From the NCBI GenBank assembly GCA_951406725.2, contig OX597832.1:17856001-17920000 (forward strand): DNA of 64,000 bases, read 5' to 3'. Under the pieces are notes generated by a model that did not search any database, was not told the DNA's origin, and saw only the letters and a program-made list of their open reading frames with translations. Positions 25,989 through 38,334 of the stretch are shown one piece after another. Made by a program: the position numbers and the translations under genes. How positions within the stretch are numbered: the first letter of the stretch is position 1; every line of letters starts with the position of its first letter. The stretch comes from Octopus vulgaris. Its lineage: Eukaryota.

Positions 25989-26239
25989 TATATATATATA
26001 TGTGTGTTTATGTTTGTGCCTGTGCTTGCGCTTCTGATTTGGTAAGACATCTTATACATGCATATATATGTGTGTGTGCGTATGTGTGTGTGTGTGGTAT
26101 ATATAATGTGTGATATATATGATATATCCATATATAATATATCTATATATATATAGACCAACACATATGTTCATAAATATATATATTTGTAAATGCATAC
26201 ACATATATGCATATACATATATCAGGTTACCTATGTGTT

Positions 26240-26280
<41 letters not shown>

Positions 26281-26795
26281 GTTTGTGTGTGTATATATAT
26301 ATATGTATATATATATATATACATATATGTAAAATACGTACATGCATATGCATATACACACTCAAAGGTGCAATGTGTACGCACATACATATACACACTC
26401 TCTCTCTCTTTCTCTTACATACACACGCACACACACACATACACGTATATTTATCTACCTATCTATTTATCTCTCTACCTATATATCTATCTGTCCTTCA
26501 CCCACTCTCTCTCACTTTCTCTCTCTCTCTCTCTCTCTCACTTTCTCTCTCTGTATATATATATGTACACACACGCACTCATTCTCTCTGACCCAGACAC
26601 ACGCACTCGTAGATATGAGTATACTCTCTTACGCACAGACCTACAACGTAAGTTTACAATCACTAAAAGATGCTTGCTACTTTCAGCGTCTGCTGTGTAC
26701 GTTTGTGTCTGTGTGCCTGTTGGTGCGATTCTCTTCTACGAGTATAATTATGTGTCGATGTTCTTTACTCTCTGTAGGCGTACGGCTGCATCTAC

Positions 26796-26920
<125 letters not shown>

Positions 26921-27067
26921 CCTACCTACCTATCTAGCAATCTATTTATCTATATATATTGAGACACACGTATTGACACATACACATGCTCTCTCATTTT
27001 CTGTATGTGTGTATATATATATATACATATATAAATACATATATATAAATACATATATAAATACATA

Positions 27068-27122
<55 letters not shown>

Positions 27123-27359
27123 TATATACATATATAAATATACATACATACATATATATATATGTGTGTGTGTGTATATACCAACTCTACGTGTGTGTAT
27201 GTGTATGTATGTGTATGTCTGTGTTTGGGAGTGCGACTCTATTCATGCGTATATGTAGCAGTATCGTTCATATCCCATGAGATTTCTATACACATTTCAT
27301 GAGTAGGTATGTGTTGTTTTCTCAATTTCTTTTTCTTTTCATTTTTTTTTTTTTTGTAG

Positions 27360-27477
27360 GAACGAAATTCTGATGAAACAATCGAAGCCCCAGGATGACA
27401 CAGAGCACACGTCATTCTTCTCAAACAGCATGGAAATGTTGTTTACGAGATCGAACGAACCAGTTGTAGCAGAGTGA
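27360..27477 (+). other. Candidate exon of an unidentified transcript
   Basis: About 40-nt polypyrimidine tract ending in TAG (27358-27359), followed by unique GC-richer sequence. One frame is open for 38 codons (NEILMKQSKPQDDTEHTSFFSNSMEMLFTRSNEPVVAE*). No homology recognised. Confidence 0.25.
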
Positions 27478-29359
27478 ATGTAGAAAGCGAGAGAGAGAGA
27501 ACGGGACGATGGCCATGTAAGAAATGAGAAAATAGTGACGTCAGTGAAAGACAGAGAGAACGAGTGAGAGCGGGGAGGGGGTAAGAAAAAGAGAATATGT
27601 GTGTCAATGAATGAAAAAAAAAAGAGACAGATTGTGAAGGAGAGAATCGGGGGGATGTTAGGGAAGATAAAGTGGCTAGGAATAAGTGTATGAGCAACAT
27701 GTAGTTCAACTCTGCAGCATGTATATCAGACGGTGTCTTCTTAACATCTTACACCGGTCGCGTATCCGTTTTAAACCGGTGACTTGTCAAAACTTGTATA
27801 CTCGTATTATAGTTATCCGCGTTTCGTGACAGATATAAGAACGATGTTGTCGTGGATGATGATCAACCTTTTCTTTTTTTCATTTTTTTTTTGTTCTTTT
27901 TTTTTTTTTGGAGCCCAAGGCCAGCCCTGAACCTGTATATAGAAGTTGAAACGTACTCCATCTGTGAAATTCCTGATTTTTTCGTTATTGTTTTTTTTTT
28001 TATTTATATGTTAGTCATGTTGCAATCTAAGACGCCATTATCCATTATGTCCTTCGTATTTCGGAAAAAATGGTTGCTATGTCTAGCATATTGTACATCC
28101 CTCTGTATAGAGCTACTCATAGCTTGCTTCAAAACAGACATAAATGAAATATACTGACGTGAGGAGAATATGTCTTCTGTCCTTGTCGACTATCTGAAGG
28201 CAAATGCCTTTATTTTGTATTTGTTAAGCAAATGGTAAAGATTGGTAAATCTGCTGGCTGTTCTATTGTGCAGTATTGTGGTCCATTGTGGTCGCGGAAG
28301 GACTTGATTGGACGAGAATTTTCTTAGAAAGACGTGAAAAGAGGGGAAAAAATATCCATTTTGTTTGTGCCTATACACAAGATTGTATGTGTGCAAATAG
28401 TAGATGTGTGTGTTTTTGTTTGTGTGGTGGTGAATGTGTGAGTGTGTCTGTGCATATACTCTCAACAATAAACAATACAGAATGATTAAACACCTGATAA
28501 TAGAGAAACTGACAAAGACAGAGACAAAGATACAAAGATCATACACGCATATATATGAATATATGTCGACCATTCAATATATATCTCAACTCTTTGTATA
28601 TATCACTCTCTTTAAATGTATACCTATCAATCTATCTATCAGTCTATCTGTCTATCAATTTATCTATCTTTCTATCTGTGTGTGAAACTGTGTGTGATTG
28701 TGTAGCGGGATAGTCATAAGATTTGAAGCATCCCACTAAATCCGTAAAATCTATTTATTGATATATATATTTAACTTATCCATTGTATTCTTTCTTTATT
28801 TAGGACTGAGGTATGGAATCTGAGGGAAATGATGTTACTATTTCTTCCAAGTTCAGCGACTAGCTATTGTCACAATAGATAGTCTTGTTTCTATTAGCAA
28901 AATGCGTGTCTATGCAGTTACTGCCAACAATGTTTTAAAAGCAATTTTCAATATTGGGTTCAAATTTCGGCAGAAGTCTAGGATTATTTGAGATCATATT
29001 AAGCCGATTACTTTGACCCAAGTTTTTTATTGGCATTTATACTGATGAGAGGCAAAGTCAACCTTAGTTTTGTGCCAAAATTTGAAACTAATATTGGTAA
29101 CATTTCTGGTGGTGTATTTGATGATGACGGTAATTGTCGCAGAATCAGGTTAAGCGTCAATTCTTCCGCATTTATACGTGGTGTGTTCAGATTTCCTTGT
29201 GGTAAACTTAACATGTCTCCTTTCGTGTTGGATAAAATAAAGTACCAGTAAAGGACAAGGTTCCATGCAATTGTCAAATATCCATCCATGTACCAAAATA
29301 TGTAACAATTATTATTATCATTATTATTATTATTGTTGTTGTTGTTATTATTATTATTA

Positions 29360-29429
<70 letters not shown>

Positions 29430-29430
<1 letters not shown>

Positions 29431-29705
29431 TGGAAACATGGGTGTTTCGTTCAACATCCTTAAATCATCCTTATTCAGGGACCTTTTGAGCGGGATGGGC
29501 TACGCGACCAGAGGCAAATTCTAACTGGGCCCCACGTTGCGCTGTTTATCTTGATATGAGATCACCATGTTGCGCACATATGGCTGTGATGCATGTGCCT
29601 GGTGTACCATTATCAGACGGGTAGTCATGATGGGATACTGGGCTTCGTGTATTTTATCCCAGTGTCACCTTGATGGCATGCACTGCTCTCTCACTCAATA
29701 ATAAT
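29430..29705 (+). mobile_element. About 270-bp interspersed repeat with (AAT)n tail (LINE 3' UTR or SINE), copy 1
   Basis: Colinear with the reverse complement of 29715-29995; ends ctctcactcaataataat. Confidence 0.75.
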
Positions 29706-29714
29706 AATATAATT

Positions 29715-29995
29715 ATTATTGAGTGAGCGTGCAGTGTATGCTATTAAAGTGACAATGAGGTACAAATATACAAAGCCCAATATTTTCATGATGTCTACCC
29801 GTCTGATAAAAGTTCAGCAGACCCATGAATTACAAGTATATGTGCGTGATATGAGAATCTCATGTCAAGATAAACAGCACGTTACCTAGCAGGTGGGGCC
29901 CAGTTAGAATTTTCTTCTGGTCGAAAAGCCCATCCTGCTCGAAAGGCCCTTGAAAATACTTCGTTTAATAATGATGAATGAAATACCCATGTTTC
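29715..29995 (-). mobile_element. Same repeat, copy 2, inverted (tail-to-tail)
   Basis: Shared blocks gaaacatggg, aattctaactgggccccac, gctgtttatcttga, ttatcagacgggtag, gggctt and ctcactcaataat. Confidence 0.75.
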
Positions 29996-30194
29996 AGGAG
30001 ATTAATTTTTTAAACCTCCAAGAAATTCCTCTGAACACGATAACCATAGGAAATGCACAACCACTGAGGGACATGCATAACTGGTGAGAGTGGTTTTAGG
30101 TTCTTCTTCTTAGTATTATTTTAGATTGGCTCAGTTACAGTTTTATTCCTAGTAGGATTTATGTGGTAGCATGTTACTACCTGTAACCTAGTTT

Positions 30195-30530
30195 TTAACA
30201 GTCTTTCAAGTGCATTCGAGTCTTCCTGGTGCTACTTGCTGTCCCAAAGAGACAAACTTTGTGTAGGAGCTCAACCGGGCATTCAATTTCAATCATCTTC
30301 AACCATTTGTCTATATCTTTGCTTAGTGTTTACAATGCACCTATTATTGTAGGCATAACCTTTACTCTTCGCATGCTCCAATTTCATCCTATTTCAAATT
30401 TTAAGGGACCTGCATTTTTTTTATTCTTCCCCTTTCTTTACGATCCTGGAATAAAACGTGCATGATGCGTCGATAAGAAAACGATTTCCTTATCTATACT
30501 CTATGTCTGCCCTATTGTTTTCTAACTACT
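30195..30530 (-). mobile_element. RLE-type non-LTR retrotransposon (R4/Dong-like) endonuclease and C-terminus remnant
   Basis: NRADI..., LIDASCTF, then LKFEIG*NWSMRRVKVMPTIIGAL*TLSKDIDKWLKMIEIECPVELLHKVCLFGTASSTRK, matching RPD..D..P..K..KY and PIIIGALG...QK..LLGTA.I.RK. Confidence 0.8.
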
Positions 30531-30697
30531 TGACTGTTACTTATTGTTAGTGATTTACTTCACAGAGCACTCGTCCTTCTTTTGTTCTGGTTGATTCTGT
30601 GAGAACGGACAGCAGCCTGTTGTCCCAGGTCTCACAGTTTCTCATTTCGCACCTTATAAGCTTTGATAATTGGTTGTTAATTACCATGGAAGACATT

Positions 30698-30900
30698 CAA
30701 CGACCAAGTGTCACTCTGAAAATTCTAGCTGTCCCCAGTAGAGAGGAATTGGGGACATGCTCTGCTCTCATATCAATTATGATTTCTCTAACATTTTTCT
30801 CGAACTTTGTTGTTAGTGAGCCTTGTGCCACTACAACTACTGGGATGATTGATACTCTCCTCATTTCCACATTCTTTTAGTAGTCTGTACTTTTCCATGT
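30698..30900 (-). mobile_element. Second RLE-type LINE C-terminus remnant
   Basis: MRRVSIIPVVVVAQGSLTTKFEKNVREIIIDMRAEHVPNSSLLGTARIFRVTLGR*. Confidence 0.8.
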
Positions 30901-30955
30901 TTTCTAGTATTTTGTCATATATACGTTAAAAAAATATTAATATTATTTTAATTTA

Positions 30956-31390
30956 AGCAGTGACCTGGCAGAATCGTTAGTATGTTGGACAAAATACTTT
31001 GCGACATTTCGTCCATTCTTATTTTCTGAGTTCAAATTCCGCCGAAACCCACTTCGCCTTTCATCCCTTCGATATCGATGAAATAAGTACCAGCTGAACA
31101 CTACGGTCATGTGATTGACTTACCCCTCTCCCTGAACTTACTGGCCTCGTGCCAAAATTTGAAATCGATGTTAGTCATTAATTAATATTGTTTATCCTGA
31201 ACGCGGTGAGCTGCCAGAACCATTTGCACGCCGGGCGAGATACATTGTGACATTTCGTCCATCTGTACGTTCTTAGTTCAAATTCCACCGTGATCGATTT
31301 TGCCTTTCATCTATTCGAAATCGATTAAATATATACCAGTCAAGCACTGGGGTCGATGTAATCCTCCTGCAAAATTTTAGTAGAAAGGAT
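30956..31390 (+). mobile_element. Two head-to-tail SINE family A copies (30956-31166, 31201-31390)
   Basis: Heads ctggcagaatcgttag and gagctgccagaacc, gttcaaattcc, and the gcctttcatc core. Confidence 0.85.
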
Positions 31391-31419
31391 TATCGTTATT
31401 TTAATTTTATCTCCGGCTT

Positions 31420-31545
31420 TGTTGGAACCCCTGGAGTCTTGCCTGCATAGTGTGTTTTCTACCTGCAACCTACGGTACCATGCTATCTGTTCTGTTCAAC
31501 TGTCTAATACTTTCCGCATGATTATCGCCGTGCCAAAGAGTCAAA
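31420..31545 (-). mobile_element. Third RLE-type LINE extreme 3' end
   Basis: Minus strand LFGTAIIMRKVLDS* followed by a UTR similar to 30150-30200 (ca/tgttactacctgtaaccta-like). Confidence 0.65.
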
Positions 31546-31917
31546 GAGTCAAACTGAAGACCCTATACCTAATTCCTTTATTTTACTGTCGAAGCCTTCT
31601 GATACTGTGAGATTACTTATTGCGGTTACATTTTGCTTTATTTCTCCTATAATTTAATGCTGTAGCAGTTTCTTTAAGTTGCTGGTTTTTTCTGCATTGT
31701 TGTATTTCATTTGCTATTCTCGCTACATCTTTTTTGTTGTTCATGTTCCTTTCAGACCTGCTTTGTTCTGTTGCTTCTGGTAATGTTGTGATTAAGACTG
31801 TTCATTTTTATTGTTTTTGGTCATGTTGATGTTCACGTTGAACCAGTTGTTGATCTTTTAAGAAACTGCATTGACAACATTCCTCTTCTTATAGTTATTC
31901 TTTAATCCTTCATACAC

Positions 31918-32375
31918 TGTAGCTGTGTGGTAAGCAACTTGCCTCTCAACTACATCGTTCCCAGTTCAATTCATCTGCGTGGCATCTTGGGCATTTGTAT
32001 TCTGTTATAGTCTGGTACTGACCAAAGACTTGTGAGTGCACTTCGTAGAGAGAAACTGAAAGAAGCCCATCATATATATATATGTGTGTGTGTGTATGTG
32101 TGTGTCATATAATACGCCACGCTACTTCTGCCAACGAATTACGTAAATGATAATCGTATCAATATGTCTGTCGTGTTTGTTCCCCCTGCATAGCTTGACA
32201 ACTGGTGTTCGTCTATTTACATCTTCATTGCTTAGAGGTTCAGCAATATACCTCCGATAGAGTAAGTACTAAGCTTTAAAAATATGTCGTGAGAACGATT
32301 GGTTCGACTAAAATTTTCCAAGGCAGTCCTCCAGTATGGGCGCAATCAAATGACTGAGGACATGTAAAAGATAAA
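31918..32375 (+). mobile_element. SINE family B, old and divergent
   Basis: gctgtgtggtaag, gcgtggcatcttgggca, gaccaaag.cttgtgagtg, aaactgaaagaagccc, aaatgactga. Confidence 0.85.
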
Positions 32376-35300
32376 ATATATAATGCAATGCTCTTTGACA
32401 GTTTTACAACGGTTCTAAGATTGGTGGAAGAGAAGAAGCTTTAAAATCTGGTGACCTGAACTGAATACGAACAATAATATGGACTCTGCAAAAATCCAGG
32501 AGATGGAGTAAGACTAGATAATGATTAAAGTCAAACTGGTCGTGTAGGATTTGAACCCAGAACACAGAAACCCAAACAAATGCTGTAAGACAGCCGGACT
32601 GACAAGTTTTGAGTTTCGCCAACCCGCAGTCTTGAAGTGTGCTTCTTTATCAAACCAGTTATTACGAGAATCAAAGTTGTTAACGTGATTCGATCGTACA
32701 CTGCAAATATTTAGACAAAATATCGCATGACATTATATCCATCTCTGTAATGAGTCTACGAGTCCGCCATCTTTGTTAGCGAAGTTTCTATTTACACTTA
32801 TTCTGTGCTTAATCCTAGCATTTGATTATGGGTTGTTGTTAATATATTTTTGATGTCAATTTTATTTCTGTGATTCTATTGTATTAGGACATGTCCATAT
32901 CTTACGCAGTTATTTCGCGAAAGGAGATGACGCTTCCCTGAAAGTGCTGCAACATGAGATGAGGAAGACTGCAAATACATATGGTGAGAGAGACAGAGTA
33001 AAAGAGTGAGTGAGAGAGAGAGAGTGAGAGAATCCCAGCTGGCAACCGTTCAGAAGAAATAAAGGGGATTTGGATTCTTGCTTAATGAAGTAATTATGGA
33101 TAATGATCACGCAACATGGATGATGCAAGATGGCGAGATTTGGTTGAGTTAATCTTTATTATTGTTATAGCTGTTGTTATTATTCTTTATTATTTCTGTT
33201 ATTTTAGTCTTATAGGTATTGTCTGGTCTACAGGGTAAGAGGTCCGCTTCGCAGTCTCGGTGGATCGAAATGGACCACACAAGATGTCATCTCTGCGGAA
33301 TTTCATTGTTTATAGCCTCGAATACACTTACATACTATGAATAAAATTATGGCAGATGGAAACCGCACAGAAGCCCATCTCGTATGTTGTATATGTATGT
33401 AATCTAAGAGGCACAATCTTCTCAAATGATACGTCACGCTATGTCTGCCAAAGAATTATGTTAATCATATTCGGATCAATAGATTTGCTGGCCATTTATA
33501 TCTTAATTCAGAAACAATTTAACCAGATGATCATCGAACGACTGAATACTCGTTGTCGAACGACGGAAATCCTCCAATATTTGTTCAGTCAGGGCTTCGT
33601 CAGTCATATGAACAAATATCCCTACAATAAAAGGTATTTAGAATCAAAAGACTTTAGAATATCTTGTAGACAAACTTCCGAGTTTCAGTCCAATATGAAA
33701 TAATTTACATGTATATATTCTGACATCTGAAAAGTAAAAGATGCTGTATAAATATATTTAATTTTCCTTCTGACAAATATAAAAATATTTTCCAGGAAAG
33801 TGACCGAAAATTTATCCCATTATAATTCATGTATATTTTTCAACTATGGAAATATAGATTTTTATATAACGACACCCTATTTATGCATTGAAAAGATGGA
33901 TTATGTCTGCGGATCCGATTAAGGGTAAAACTTGTACCGGAATAATTCTGTGTTCCATGCCCACTCTTAATCTCATTACACCGCACAAATACTCGCTCTC
34001 TTTTCCGAGCCTCTGTCTGCCCCTCTTTTGGAAAGTAATCGGCTATCGTCAGAAACGCAGAAGGATTGATCAATATCAAACGCGAAAATGATCAATATCA
34101 CGCCATGTGTCACAACGGCACCCAGGGGCTCCACCTCCATGGCGCCTTCACACACACTTACCCGTCAATAATATATATATATATATCAAAAAGAAAAAAA
34201 GGGTAAAATGCTTTGTAATGAAATTTCAATGGGTTGATCGCATCAAATTGAAAAGAAACCTTTCTCTCTCTCACTCTCTCTTCCTATTCTCTCCTCATCC
34301 TTTATTATTTTTTCCTCTCTCTTGATTGTCATGAAACCTTTCTCTCTCTATTTCTTTCTCTTCTCTTTTCTTTTCTTTCTTTCTTGCCCCCCTTTCCAAA
34401 AACAATAAAAGTATTTTTCTCTTCTAAACAAAGCAAAAACCACCCGTTTTATATCAATGAGCAATGAAGCGTTCTGTTTTTGCCATATTGATTTTGTCTT
34501 GATGAGTTCCATAAAAAACGAAAGTGCTATTAAAGAATTATCCAAAATTCTGACTGCCTCATTTTCTCTATATACTATATCTGTACACCATTTAAAACAT
34601 TCTATACGCATATACATACATACTTACATACATCCGTGCGTGCTTATGTGCGCGCGGGCGTCTTTATGTGTGATCCAGCAGTGCACCGAAAGCCACTCAC
34701 CTGATTATGAGCAGGTATACACCTGATGCTGGATCATATCTATTTATAAAATGTTTATGTAATTGTATAATATCAGGTGTAAGAAATTTATAGAAACAAT
34801 AGTTGTGATTTGTGTCTTGCTCTGATATATGTAACCAACGTAATCAGCGAAACAATAAATGAAATATGTAAACCAAACACAAACTTTGTTTACAAATTTA
34901 TTTTAGATATAAGGGCTGAAAAGTAGGTGATATAAAACAGCGGTCTTTGAGCCTCCAATGCTAGGCTTGTTGGAATAGGAGTATAGGAGTATAGGAAGAT
35001 AGGATATAAATTTAGAACTGGGTGAGTCAAAAACTAAAGCTCTTTTGTATACGTATCCATTTATCGATGAAGAAATATATAAAATAACTAGTTAATACCA
35101 GCTCATAGTGTGTGAATAATTAGATAGCAGGAGACAAAAAGGTATTATTGAGTATGGCAGATCAGCAAGCTCTCCAGGTCCGGGAACGACGCATGCATGA
35201 TATACTTCCTTCATGCTAGCAAAACCGGAAGTAAACACCGGTCTCAGGACGTGTTTTGATTTATATTCATCCAAACGCCAAAACCCCCCGTCTCTCTCGT

Positions 35301-35407
35301 GCAACATCCTTTAACCAACCCTCCATCCATTTACATATCATACTATTGTCCTTCGGCCGACATATAAACACTGTTTACATAAATACATAAACGCAGAGAA
35401 AATACTC

Positions 35408-35448
<41 letters not shown>

Positions 35449-36207
35449 CTCATAGGGAAATCCATTCTATGTATACAAAAATTTTTCAGCACGTTGCATC
35501 TTTAGAAAATTTTATTTCTTTCATTCAATGATACCATTTTTACATTCATTCATTCATCCTTTATTCCATATTCTTCGATATCTCCATGTTTTTCTCTCCC
35601 TTATGATGCACACTCAAAAGAAGAAAAAATAAAACATAAAGGAGAGAAGTCACGGATTGTTTACCTGCCTCTTAACTGGTACACATCATTTCATTGAGAG
35701 TTCTTTTGTACTCAATAACCTCTTTTTATTAGTATTTTCATATTATTCATTTTTAAGCTGATAGCTAACGGCACTTCTTAGAAACTACATTGACAAGCAT
35801 TGTACTCTAACAAATATGAGAAAGCGTGTGTGCACAGACGTACATATCTTATACATAAATGTATACACATACCTTTACATCTAGACGGACATATATTAAA
35901 GATATGTAGTTACGTGTATATGTATGTGTTAGTGTGTGTGTGTGTGTGTGAAGTATTATAAATACTGTCTTTGATGGATTTTACAGACGTATATTATTTA
36001 AAAATTCTACCTTCTCGTAAAATTTTCTACAACATCGTATATTCAGCCACTAGCATATAGACATGTATGTATACATGCATGTGCTTCGATATATATATAT
36101 ATATATATACGTATATAGATATAAAAATAATACACATATATATACCAGACACATTGTAACATGCATGTCTACATGCATGTGCTACGATACATATATACAT
36201 ATATGTG

Positions 36208-36303
<96 letters not shown>

Positions 36304-36320
36304 CATATATTTATATGTAT

Positions 36321-36351
<31 letters not shown>

Positions 36352-36368
36352 GTATGTATATATACATA

Positions 36369-36414
<46 letters not shown>

Positions 36415-36433
36415 GTATATAGATATAGATAAT

Positions 36434-36501
<68 letters not shown>

Positions 36502-37024
36502 CAGACACACTGTGTGTAGCTATAAAGTTTTGTGTATGTATCATGTGTATTGGCATTTGCTTTTTGGGGCGGGGGTGGATTGATTGCGTGTGCGGATGCT
36601 TGCGTGTGTCCGCTTCTATGCCAAACTGCTTGTATGCATATATTTGATATTTTTCTTCGATGTTGCTTGTTTTATATAATCAATGTCATGTGTTTTATAA
36701 TTGATTAATTACCATTATTTTTTTCTAAATATCTTTGCCTGATTTCTTTATTTCAACATTAAATTTCTCGTAGAATTGCAATTTAAGAAATATTTTTTAC
36801 CGTTTTTTTTTGTTTTTTTTTTATAATTTTACATTATTCTATATGGCTTTCATTTCATTTAAACAACTATTTATTTTTTTCGTCTTTTCTAAGCTTTTAT
36901 TAATTGAATTTCATTCATTTATTTCTTGTTACTCTTATTCTCTTTCAAGCCAAGTGATTTTTATTCTGTTTTGACACAGAAGACTTATGAATACCTGGAT
37001 TCAATACGGTCTCTCTCTCTCTGC

Positions 37025-37062
<38 letters not shown>

Positions 37063-37075
37063 CTACATGTATATT

Positions 37076-37128
<53 letters not shown>

Positions 37129-37137
37129 CTACATGTA

Positions 37138-37180
<43 letters not shown>

Positions 37181-37257
37181 CTACATGTATACTTTGTATA
37201 TATATATATATATATATATTTCTACATGTATATTTGTATATATATATATATATATAT
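37025..37257. repeat. Compound minisatellite: (TA)n + tttctacatgtatatttg, four units
   Basis: ttctacatgtata recurs near 37061, 37126, 37179 and 37220, separated by TA runs. Confidence 0.85.
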
Positions 37258-37384
37258 GACTGTGTGTGTGTTCCCTACACATGTGGTGCTTAAATATGTG
37301 CAGGTTTGTCAAAAATATCAAATGTAATTAAAAATATAGTGTGCCAAATGTTTATCTATTTACGTATTTTTAATAATACTAATA

Positions 37385-37425
<41 letters not shown>

Positions 37426-38053
37426 TAATAATAATAATGATAATAATAATGATAATAATAATGATAATAATAATGATAACAACAACAACAACTAAAACAA
37501 AAACAACAATAACGTTTATAAATGCGATGATAAGGAATATATTTTTCAAGGTTACTCGTTTGTTGATTTGTCTGCTATTTATAACGCAATATTTTCTCAT
37601 TTTTATTATGGAAGAATGAAGAATGAGAATGGATGTCAATATTGATGATAATATACATTGCAGTAAACGACAGCTATATACTTTATAAGTAATTTCTTTA
37701 TCCTCCATGGGTTGTTGCGTTCGCTTGTATCATCCCCGGGTCAGTTCTTTTGTCTTAGACCAATTTTCAAATATATTGCCCTCGTGGTTATCGTGTCTTT
37801 TTTCAGAAGTTTTAACTGTAAGTTCATATTATTCAGCACATTTTTTTCATTTATATATGTACACACACAGATGTATACAGTTATCTTTAAAATATGATGT
37901 TGTTTGTGATCCAAAAGATGTTTCGCTCTACTATTTCTAATTGAGCGGTGGACGTTGTTGAAGTCGCAGAATGGAAAATCCGGCAGGAAAATCTATCTGG
38001 ATTTCAGCATTAAACCAAGTGAAACATACACACACACAAACAAAGCACTTTCA

Positions 38054-38177
38054 ATCCTACGCAAAACACTTTCAATACAGTAACCATCAGAGCATCATAA
38101 CAAATCACAGCACATATCCAAGGCACACAGAGCTGCGCTCGGTAGGGATGTGAAAGCATGCTATAAAAATAAAACTA

Positions 38178-38231
<54 letters not shown>

Positions 38232-38265
38232 TAATAATAATAATAGTAACAATAATAACAATAAC

Positions 38266-38333
<68 letters not shown>
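38054..38333 (+). mobile_element. 5'-truncated RLE-type LINE: last codons, 3' UTR and (AAT)n tail
   Basis: atcctacgcaaaacactttcaatacagtaa encodes ILRKTLSIQ*, followed by about 100 bp of UTR ending aataaaactactg and a long (AAT)n. Confidence 0.7.

Positions 38334-38334
<1 letters not shown>

Noticed and set aside
34000-34056. Minus-strand CTGACGA...AGCC/GGCT...GAAA
   Set aside because: Stems I and III cannot form.
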